Source of the DNA: Nageia nagi
Lineage: Eukaryota > Plantae > Pinophyta
Assembly: GCA_050084985.1 (NCBI GenBank)
Contig: JBITNC010000001.1
Span: 65,844,001 to 65,908,000 of the forward strand
Direction of reading: 5' to 3'
Length of the DNA stretch: 64,000 nucleotides
The notes beneath the pieces were generated by a model that saw only the letters and a list, made by a program, of their open reading frames with translations, did no database searches and had not been told where the DNA came from. A program made the position numbers and the translations under genes. Positions 53,861-64,000 of the stretch are shown here, piece by piece (the stretch's first letter is position 1; each line of letters opens with the position of its first letter).

Positions 53861-56729
53861 ATCGAATTGAATAAGTTAACCCTTTTTTTTCTCGAACATG
53901 CAATGCACTTTATAGGAATGGAAATACACCAACATCTAGAAATTACAAACATATAGCAATGAACATCACATCACAATGCCAACGTCTGGCTCATATATGT
54001 ACAATGAAGCAAAGACAATCCAATGCATGGACAAGTATGGAATACAACACATAAATGAGATCCGAAACCCTTTGGTTGTATATAAATGATATGCAATGAA
54101 TACAATACAATACCAAGCCTTAATAGGTAGTTGTTGGCCTCCTGGGAGCCAGCTAGGGCACAACACTTCGATCTCTCCAACACTGGACAACTGTAGAACC
54201 ATGAGATAGATTCACTCCCTTAGACCTCGAATCCTCTCCATTGAAGGAGCCCTCCTCGAACTCTAGCTAACCGATTGAACAATAGAAGTAAACCCTCAGT
54301 ATGCCATTGGATGGGCAAAGGTGCTCCACCAATGCCGTAGATAACCGGAATCCCACTGGCTGATTACCCTTCAGACGCTTCTAGGAATGGTATGCTTAGC
54401 GCCAGTAAGACTTTGTGTGCGAAGCACTGTGGTAGAAGTGTAATAATAATCAAGTGTGTCCAATAGTGAGCCTCCAATGTCTATTTATACATTTGCTCTG
54501 TCCGGATCTCATCTAGGAATCATATCTCTAATCCCAAGTCCAACGTTAGCCTAGGGGTGCCAATAATTACAAGATCCAACGGCTAAGTATGCAACACCTC
54601 ATTAATGGAGATTAATATTGCATTTACAATTATTAATTGCCTTGGAATCATGTATTACAACTCACACAAGTGGCCCCCATCAAGTATACTAAATCTAATA
54701 TAAATTACCAAGCTCACACGTACATATAATAAGTAATCAACTCCTATCCCAAGGAGTGGGACGTCACATTTCAAGGAGTCAATATGAAGATGTTTATGGA
54801 TTTCCGTGGGTGGCCACGATATGGAAGACTGGTCCAACTGGCGAACTTCAAGAAACCATAACTCCTTCGTTTCCTGATGAAACCATGTCGTGTAACTTGT
54901 CAAAACATTTCCCACAAGATGCCTTATCCAAAGAACAAATAAAATCAACTCTCCAATACCTATGGCGAACTCTATCCTCACAAGTAGGTGCATGACCATA
55001 ATATTTGCAAAAAGGGCATCACATTAACAAATGATATTTGAGTTGGAGATAGCTTTAAACATCTCGACCAGTCTCCTGAGCAACCTCTTGCACACCCCAT
55101 CACGAGACCTTTGAGGTAACCAATCCTCATAGCAGGTAGGGGTCACACCCTATCACCTAGGTGTTGGTGTCTTCCTACAAGCCTTGCAATCTCATCTGCC
55201 CATTAGCAAGGCAGGAAAGAAAAAGCCCCCAACAGATTGGAGAACCATTGTCCTCATCAATCACCCCCGAGGAACCAATAAAGGATCTAACAATGCTCAT
55301 ATTTTATTGTTCGGAGCTGAATGTTACTGGAAGGATACCAGCCATATTTCAATTAAACAGTAAGTGATAAGCATTAAATATGTCAAAGACAGATGCATGA
55401 CTAGATTACTTAGTATGGAGGAACTAAGTTGAAAATGGTAAAGCAAATGCATAGCTCAAGGTAAATGCCTACTGATGCAACACTTTGGCATATATGGAAG
55501 TTCAGTTTCAAATACTTCTATTGGATATGCATGGCATTTATATTACAGCATTAGGTGAAATATGTTATCAAATCAGGACTACAAATGATAGTGTTGTGTC
55601 TAAATGTTTTGTAAGATTCCATGTGACTTGTGAGCTTCTAAACTAAAAATTTGTGCTTAGTCTCTACATGTAATTTAGAGTTACTGCATACACGATCTAA
55701 AACTCTATTACTCAATCACCTAAAACACATTCAGTTTGTAACTGTGTATTTTGCAATAACAATGCAGAATTATATCAGACTTTAATCATGCATTTTGGTG
55801 ACTCATACACAAAATATTCTTAGGTCATGTCATCTGATGTAATTTTGTCGAATTGTGTATAAACAGTTGGCATCAAAGGTCAATCTGGATGTGTTGGCTA
55901 TGCCACTTACATCCTGTATAAGACTGCAACTCCTTGTGTCTTCAAGTTCAAAGTACACAAATGTAGTGGAAATGGACTTATCCAAAACAGTCATCTAATG
56001 TAGGCATCTTCCCCACCTAATGTTTATCCACAAAAGACTGATCAAGATATAATCCATTTGCACAGTGAATTTATAATCAATTGACTACCAACTCAACAAA
56101 CTTCAACGAGGGAAACTACAAAAAAAACATGCTCAGTTACTTATGGAGCTTCAATTGACATCTTGAAGGAACATCTAAGTAGCAGGATATTTGAAAATTA
56201 TAATTGAAATATATCTTGCAGCCATCTGGAATTTAAATTGCACAGTATAGAGACAAACCCCGGGCTTAGAAGGATTGGCAAGGACCTTATTTCCTACATG
56301 TGGTTAAAGGGTTGAAATCCACAATAATGTAAATGAAGAAATCAATGTAAGGTTGAGTAGAAAAGTTCATTTTTTTGCAACCTGGCATGGAATCTCATAA
56401 GACAAAACAATACAAACAATACCTTTTGTGTGTTTATATGCAAAATAAAATTATAAACAGATCTCAGACAGTAGATGCCAAACATCAAGTTTATTACTCA
56501 TTGTTTGCTTAAAAGTGAAAAGTTTATAAAAGTAGGTGAAATTGGTGATGAAAGCCTCTTCAATGCCATTAAGCTGAAATTTTCATTTTACATGTGAGTT
56601 GCAGCTGTTAATTTCAGACACATTTAGGCTGTCTTTTCCCTCTTCACTGTTGTTTTTTTGTTCTCAAGGCTGCACAAAAAGTATATGGTGACATTTTTCA
56701 ATTGGAATTCTTTGTGTTATGTTTTTTTT

Positions 56730-57335
56730 TTTTTAGGGGGTGGGAACGGGACATTACACCCCCATATTTTTCTGAGTTTTTTATTAAGGGGGAGTGGTTT
56801 TTTAGAGTTTTGGGGAAGGGGGCACATTACACCCCCATATGTTTCTAAGTATGAGTTTTTTTATTAAAGGGGAGTGGCAAGCACTCCCAAGTACGCTCCC
56901 CTGCTCCAAGGGGAGAATTACACCCCCATATTTTTCTAAGTATGAGTTTTTTATCAAGGGGGAGAGGAAGGCACTCCTGAAAGGGAGCATTACACCCCAT
57001 ATTTTTCTAAGTATGAGCTTTTTTAGAGTTTTGGGGGGTGGGGGGAGAAGGGGGCATTACACCCCCATATTTTTCTAAGTATGAGTTTTTTATTAAGGGG
57101 GAGCGGTTTTTAGAGTTTTGGGGGAGGGGGGGCGCATTACATCCCCATATTTTTCTAAGTATGAGTTTTTTTATTAAACAGGAGTGGCAAGCACTCCCAA
57201 GTACGCTCCCCTGCTCCAAGGAGAGAATTACACCCCCATATTTTTCTAGGTATGAGTTTTTTATTAAGGGGAGAGGAAGGCACTCCTGAAGGGGAGCATT
57301 ACACCCCATATTTTTCTAAGTATGAATTTTTTATT
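56730..57335. repeat. Minisatellite (TTACACCCCCATATTTTTCTAAGTATGAGTTTTTTATTAAGGGG core) with a higher-order duplication
   Basis: About 8 core copies. The block near 56830-57020 recurs near 57140-57330. Confidence 0.9.
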
Positions 57336-58650
57336 AAGTAGGAAAGTGGAAGGCTTCCAAATTTAAATGGCAATAAACTTTGCTTGTTGATGCCATCAAA
57401 TGATTGACTAGAAATGAGCATGTCATCCATAGAATGTGTGATCTGCAAATTATCTTCAAAATGCTCCACAACTTAGTCTCCCAAAGAAGCATTTCCAAAT
57501 TCCTTAACACAGATTGGAAAACTAAATCTGAATATGTCAACCTCAAGCAAAAATGCATGAATAGCCTAGATAGAATATGAGATGGTATGTTGAAGATAAT
57601 AAATTGTCAAATTCAAATGGAAATCTAAACCCGAAACCATAACCCTAGGGCCAAGAGTTGTTGAGAAGGCTTTGAAAGGAAAATGTGGCAATAATGAAGA
57701 CACCAAACTCTACACATGTGAGCCAATAGGGAAAGAGAGAAATATTTCTAGAAAGATTGAAAATACCATACTACGGCAAGAAGTGGGCCATCGCAGGTCA
57801 AGATGTTTTTCCTCCAAATATATTAATAAATATTATACTATAACCAAATGAAAATACTCCAACAACATATTTAAGTTTAATAAACCTTGGAGGATAGGAT
57901 GCAAGGCTTGTAGCCACTCGTTCCTAAGCTCTTGAAGTAGGCATCCAATGTCAAATGCAAAAGTAATGTCAAACAACACAAAAGAGGTCAGTAAAATTAA
58001 TAATTTAAATGGAACAAAACCTTTTTTTTTCTTTTTAACCAATCCTCCAGAACCCAAAATATGGAGTATAAAGCAAAAAGGGAAGAGGGAAAATCGCCTT
58101 GAAGACAATTCCCCCTCTCAAGCGAACCACAAATATTCTCAAACCAACTTTATGGGCACAAAATTAAAAAAAATATTATTCAATAAGCCCCTAAATAGCT
58201 TTATAAATGCTTAAAACTTGATGGAGAGGATGAGCTCGAGGACCTGTTAATCATCTTGCAAACTATCCCTTTTTCATATTTTATTACTAATGCTAATTTA
58301 AAATGGCCTTCATAGGCAAGGATAAGGACAAATATGCCATGATGAGGCATGATGACCAAGTCCTAGAATGAATAATATTTCACCCTTGTTGCAATGTAGC
58401 AATCTAATTTAGATGATTCCATATATTCTGTTCTACAATCCTACTTTTTCATAATTTTAAGGGAACAGGATCCAGAATATAATAAAAGGAAAATGCAAAT
58501 GCGTCATATTCAAGGAATACAAATATCTTTCTATATCAAAAATTTCAACAGTCTGCTTGATTTTAGAGATATGTTGTACATCTCAATTGAAAGGTAAACA
58601 GTAGCCAAGAAAACATAAACAAAAACCTCAATAAGTTTGAGAGCAGATTT

Positions 58651-58836
58651 TCACATTATTCTCATGTGAACCACACCTGCAGAAAGCCATCCATCGGTGT
58701 AAGCATCAGTGACATCATACAGATCTTGCCAAATCTGAATTTGTGCATCAGTGAGAAGTTTATCCAGTCCCTGTTGTTCAAGAAGATGCCTGATAGTTTC
58801 AATATGATTTGAAGGCAATATTAAACTACATAAATG
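58651..58836 (-). CDS. Probable coding exon of an unidentified host gene
   Basis: Acceptor ttgttatgcactcAG| in phase 0, then HLCSLILPSNHIETIRHLLEQQGLDKLLTDAQIQIWQDLYDVTDAYTDGWLSAG. Protein-like composition, in non-repetitive DNA. Confidence 0.5.
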   Translation of the reverse strand, partial: HLCSLILPSNHIETIRHLLEQQGLDKLLTDAQIQIWQDLYDVTDAYTDGWLSAGVVHMRIM

Positions 58837-58932
58837 CTGAGTGCATAACAAGGTGAAATGGCCTATAAATTATAATCCTCCACATTACTCGAATTTAACA
58901 ATATCATAGTGGCTAAACAATACTGTACCAAC

Positions 58933-59780
58933 TAGTGTTCGCAGAATTGGCGATTAATTCCCAAAATCGGGTCGGAATCAGAATCTTAGGGCTAAACGGT
59001 TTTTTTGGAGATTCCTTTTTTCTTGCCGATCTGGTGACTGTTTGGATGGAATCACAATTACGATTTTTCAAGAAATACCAATTTAATCAGAATTCCCGAT
59101 AGAAAAGTCAGTAACTTTTGGCATGCGGCAGCAGTGAGGTTAAAAATAGGAAAACTCACCCATGTTTCACATTTTCTTTCAACCATGAGCTGAAAGGAGA
59201 TAGGGAAAACAACATTTTATATTATTTCACCGAGATTCCAGCACATCCAAGTAAGTTTCTAAAGTTTTTTCCAATGGTTTTTGAGTTTTGTTGGGTATTT
59301 CTCCCCAAGTTTTTCAGTTTTTTTTTTATAATTTGTCTATGAATTTTGGTGAGTAAATTTGTTAATTTTTCCAATGTATATGATTTCTTGCCCCTTGTGA
59401 AATTGGGTTGTTTGTTTTTGTTTCTTTTTTTTTTTGCAGCTGCAAGTATGAGTTCTTCACAAGAAAAAGGAGGGACCCTAGTTGGGCTTATATGACAACA
59501 ACTAAAGTAAAAGGCAGTAACACTCGCAATTTTTGTAATGAAGTTATTGCTAGAGGTGCATTCAAGATGAAGTTTCATTTAGCAAGAACTTTTAAGCAAA
59601 ATGTTAGACTTTGTCCCCTTGTGGATGTTGATGTCCAGAGGCAAATGAATGCATATTTGGAAACCCAAGCACAAAATAGGGAGACAGGGAAAAGAACACA
59701 AGCAGAAATGGCCAGACCTCCATCTTATCCACCTCCACCCTCAGGGTTTCCATCTTCTACGACTATCTATAAAGAAGGCA
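58933..59780 (+). mobile_element. 5' part of a decayed hAT transposon with a BED zinc-finger remnant
   Basis: TAGTGTT-type end at 58933. Intron-like GTAAGT (59251) to TTTGCAG (59439). RDPSWAY...FCNEVIARGAFKMKFHLA...CPLV. Confidence 0.65.
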
Positions 59781-60775
59781 GTGTCAATGCATGTCAAATT
59801 AGAAATCTTTGATATATTTTGATCCTTGGACATTTAATATTTAATACAAAACTGAAAACTCTACAATTTACCAAAGAGAGATATAATGTAGCAGTGGACA
59901 GTCAAGAAGGGACTGTTCTAAGTATAGAGAAGGAAACAAGAGAGTGCAAAGGTGATCTCATCTATGTAGTCAAGGTGGAATCCCCTGGTGTCCGAGGCCC
60001 ATGTCTATGTTGGCTCAACTTGTGCTAAAGAAGGATGTGATCTAGAGGTCTCTTTAAGGAATGTAGGCATCAGGTAAGCACAACCTAGTGCATCGACTAG
60101 GAGGTGGAAGGTCATCTCATAACCTCTTACATGCAACCTTATCTAAGGAGGCTTGAAAGAAGGATATATTTTAACGGACCCATGTTGGGTGCGAGCTATG
60201 ATAGGAGACAATTCTGAAGAAGGCAAGCCTCACAATGGAACAGTGCCACACATTTTTTATTTGTGTACCTGAAGAAGGTAGGAACCAAACTATGAGTTTT
60301 GTAAGAGGCAATGGAATCACACCCGGATCTCATAGTAAACAAGGCATCAGATGATGAAATGGTCCTCTCAAAGATGATGAGCTAGATGGTGGTCTATCTT
60401 GATCTGCAACTGATGAGAGCAAACCAAAAATTGATCAAAAAACATCCTCAATCCAGGTGGAAGGTGCGAACTGATATAGCTTAGGCGGAGGATCAACTCA
60501 TGCACAATCTTAAGGAAACAATGAGAATAATGCAACAACTTGGAAAAGAGGGATTGTTGCAATGTGACCCAAATGGTCTAGATAAAAGCCATGTAGATTG
60601 CCTCACGGATTGAAGTCAATGACTCTACGAGCATCCTATATGGGCCACCTTGAGGAGTAGGTAATTGATCCTAGGAGAGGCCTAAGTGCTAGAGTATGTC
60701 TATGGTCTCAACAAACCGACACCATCTATACCCATGAGAGGCTAGCTCCATAGATAAAGTTAAGGCCTTAGAAGG

Positions 60776-61690
60776 TGTTGTGCCCGCACAACACACCCCA
60801 AAATACAAGATTTTGGGGGCCCTATTTTTGCACAGGCAATGACATGCATTGCCTTGAGATTGGCTTTTGGCGATGGATAGTTCATTCTGAAGAGTGCAAA
60901 CATGATATTAGGGAACGATTCAAGGAGATCTTGCGACAAAAACCCTGAAGAGTATCAAAGAATCCAATCACTAGTTTTGGAGCCATGGAGCCAAGATTTG
61001 AGAGACAACATTACAGCACGGATTTGAGTCTAAATTGCAGTCAATGCAAATGTTGTCGATTTTGTAGGGTTTGAGCTCACAAATGCCAAGGGTGACAAAA
61101 AGATGCATTTTTGCAGGATTCAAGCACAAAGGTGCCCAGATGACAAAAATGAGCGTTTTGTCAATTTTGAGTTCGGGTGCAATGAATATGGCTAAGATGA
61201 CAAAAATAAGCATTTTTGTCAATTTTGACTTCGAAAAGCTGGAAAGGGCAAGTATGATAGAAAATGTGCGTTTTTGTCAATTTTGAGCTCGAAAGTGGTC
61301 AATAAGGTAAGAAAGTGCGTTTTTGCACAGTTTGGACCCAAAAAGCTCGGAAATGGTCAAAAATGTAAAGTTGAGCCCAAAATGCTAGGAAAGTGCAGTT
61401 TTGGCCGGGAATGCACATAAATGTTCAGTTTTGATCGAAAATGGCCGGAAATGTAAAGTTTGAGCTTTGAAGTGCCCAGAATGCTGAAAATTATCATTTT
61501 TCGAAGATTAAGCTCGATTTTGACCGTAAATACCGGAAATGACCGTTTTTCAAACTTTGAGCTCGAAAATGCTAGGAATGATCGGAAATGCACAGTTTGA
61601 GCCCGAAAACAGCGAAAAATGTGGATTTGGTCAAGTTCAAGCTCAAAAATGGTAGATATGGGTCCGAAATGCATAAGATGTGCCCAAGAA
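60776..61690 (+). mobile_element. 5' fragment of the F1 giant LTR with its repeat array
   Basis: TGTTGTGCCCGCACAACACACCCC start. Homologous to about 6939-7750. Confidence 0.8.
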
Positions 61691-62349
61691 CACAGTTTGA
61701 GGATTTCAGTGATATCAAAGCCCGAGTTTTGACACATAGCTCCTAGGCTAAGTTATCATATTTGTCAAATTTGAAGCAAAAATTTTGATTCTGGCAAATT
61801 TGAAAGCTCTCCTTCGAATTCGTTGAATATTTGGTGCATTTTTTTGTGTGACTATCTACGTAGACATTCTGCCGTGTTTGGCGATTTCTGATGGCGGGAA
61901 AGCTTGCGCAGGAAATTATTGAGGTCTGGTGCGGGAAAGCTATAAAATAACCCTTGAGGCCTTGACCATCTCCAAATCACATACGTCCCTCCTCCCTCCT
62001 GGTCCCCACGAATGCCTGCTAGCTGTTGAGGTCTGGTGCTATGGTCTACCAGTTGAAGTCCGCTACATTATGGCAGAGAATCATGGGAGTTTGGCAAAGA
62101 AACATAGTTAGTTGTGCCCTTCCTAACTTCCGACCTCACACTCCTCATTGGTCTTTTGCAGTTGCATGGTCTTTGCCCACCATGCTGCTGTTTTCCCTCT
62201 GCTCTAGCTGCCTGGTGTTTTCCCTTGTACCCTTCACGTTGGTGTTCCCTGTTTGCCCTCCCACTCCAGCTAAGACTCTGTGTTTCCTCCGCAGCAGCCT
62301 GCAGGTATTAGTTTTGATATTATTTTTTACTTTAACTTCAGTCAGCTTT

Positions 62350-62870
62350 ACTAAACTTTAATTTAAATAGTTTTTAATATAAATTATGTTTTTATTTTAA
62401 TTTCTGTTTTTATTTTATAGTGTTTTAATTTAAATGTGTTTTAATTTTAAATTCTGTTTTAATTTAAATTTGTTTTAATTTTAAATTCTATTTTTAATTT
62501 AAATTTGTTTTATTTCTAAATTTTGTTTTAAATTTAAATTCTGTTTTAATTTAATTTTAAAATTTTGTTTTTAAATTTTAATTATATTAATTGTAAAAAT
62601 ATATTCTGTTTTAATTTAAATTTGTTTTAAATTAATTTTTAATTTTATATTCTGTTTTAATTTAAAATTGTTTTAATTTAATTTTTAATTTTATATTCTG
62701 TTTTAATTTAAATTTGTTTTAATTTTAAATTTTATTTTAATTCTGTTTTAATTTAAATTTGTTTTAATTTTAAATTCTGTTTTAATTTTAATTCTAGTTT
62801 TAAATTAAATTTGTTTTAATTTTAAATTACGTTTTTAAATTTTAATTATATTTAATTGTAGAAAGTAAAA
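62350..62870. repeat. AT-rich minisatellite (TTTTAATTTAAATT(C/T)TG), probably within a 5'-UTR intron of the hAT gene
   Basis: Tandem 15-35 bp units lie between a gcag|GTATTA donor near 62305 and the ATG at 62913. Confidence 0.8.
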
Positions 62871-62912
62871 TCAAGTGAATTTTTTTAATTTTTTTTTGCA
62901 AGAAAGTAAGCA

Positions 62913-64000
62913 ATGGGACCCCAAAAATCAAATGCAGAAGCTTGGAAATATATGATAAAAGAACCTGATGCTGAGAACAAATTAATTTGTTCACTATGTG
63001 GTCATAAATTCACAGGCTCGTTGACACGAGCGGTAGACCATTTGCTTTCCTCAAGCAATGGTCGAGGAAGTGGTGTAGAGGGTTGTAAAAAAATAACTCC
63101 GGAATTAAAAGAAAAATTGAAAAGGAACACAAAGCTTCACAAAAAAACAAAGATAAACTCCTAGGAAAGAGGCAAAGGGTGGAAAGGGAGATTTCTATGT
63201 CTTCTTTTGTTCAATCTTCAACTATTAGGCCAAGTCCAAGTTCAAGTGGGGTTGGGACATTGAATAACCTTTGGAAACCAGTTGAAAAACAAGAAGTTGA
63301 TGATGCATGGGCTGATGCATTTTATGCATGTGCCATTTCTTTTAATGTAGCAAATAATCCTTATTTTACCAATGCTATCAAAAAAACTGTAGAGTATGGC
63401 AAAGGATATAGACCACCTTGGTTTGGATTGTTGAGAGGTACTCTTCTCCAAAGAGCAAAGGAAAGGGTAACCAATAAGTTGTCCTCAATCAAAGAATCTT
63501 GAAGTCATACAAATTGTAACATTATGACTGATGGTTGGTCAAACACACGTCATAGGCCTTTGATTAATGTGTTGGTGTTATGTCCTCAAGGTTTAGTGTT
63601 CTTAAGGGTCATTGATGCAATGAAGGTCGTCAAAACATTAGAGTACATTTTCAAAATTTTAGATGAAGCAATAGTTGAAATTAAACCAGAAAATGTTGTC
63701 CAAATTGTAACAGATAATGCTACAAATTGTGTAGGTGCTGGAAAGATGGTCATGGAGAAGTTTCCAACAATTTATTGGACTCCATGTGGTGCTCACTACA
63801 TTGATTTGCTTCTTCATGATTTAGAGAAGCTTGCATGGGTTCATGAGGTGGTTCTAAGGGCAAAAACAATTGCCAACTTCATATTCAACCATCGTCTCAC
63901 ATTGAACCTCTACAAAAAAAAAGCATCTATAGAACTTTTGAGGCCTTGTGATACAAGGTTTGCAACATTTTACATCACTTTGCAAAGGGTTGTTGATCAA
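62913..64000 (+). pseudogene. hAT transposase (BED finger plus DUF659-type region) with premature stops; runs off the window
   Basis: AWKY..CSLCGHKF..HLL (BED), FYACAISFN, IMTDGWS, VVQIVTDNA, WTPCGAH, RPCDTRFA. Stops at 63164 and 63502. Confidence 0.92.

Noticed and set aside
59782-61736. Discrete element bounded by TGTCAA...TTGACA
   Set aside because: No matching TSD found and the interior is a patchwork, so the boundaries are unsupported.

Overview
Eukaryotic plant nuclear DNA, most likely a non-Pinaceae gymnosperm (inferred from element types and a plastid insert carrying ndhF and trnR-CCG). About 85% of the window is nested, mostly decayed LTR retrotransposons. Main parts: (i) three related Ty3/gypsy Tat-like families. 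In two of them (F1, F2) the LTRs appear to be giant (about 6-7.5 kb) and carry their own ~1000-codon gene behind an array of palindromic repeats; the third (F3) is seen only as its 5' start and repeat array. (ii) One F2 element with a tRNA-Asn PBS and gag-PR-aRH-RT-RH-INT (26246-39617). (iii) A full-length but frameshifted chromovirus (14841-21297) and two non-autonomous tRNA-iMet LTR elements (31119-37252, 46483-55023). (iv) A 2.5-kb mosaic plastid insertion (psaB, rpoC1, ndhF, trnR-CCG, trnD) inside one LTR. (v) A probable host exon near 58.7 kb and two decayed hAT (BED/DUF659-type) transposases at the right end. The best candidate for an undescribed system is the gene-bearing giant LTR with a family-specific palindrome array, possibly a trans-activator or anti-silencing protein plus its binding sites. 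All identities and divergences were judged by eye; no searches were run.
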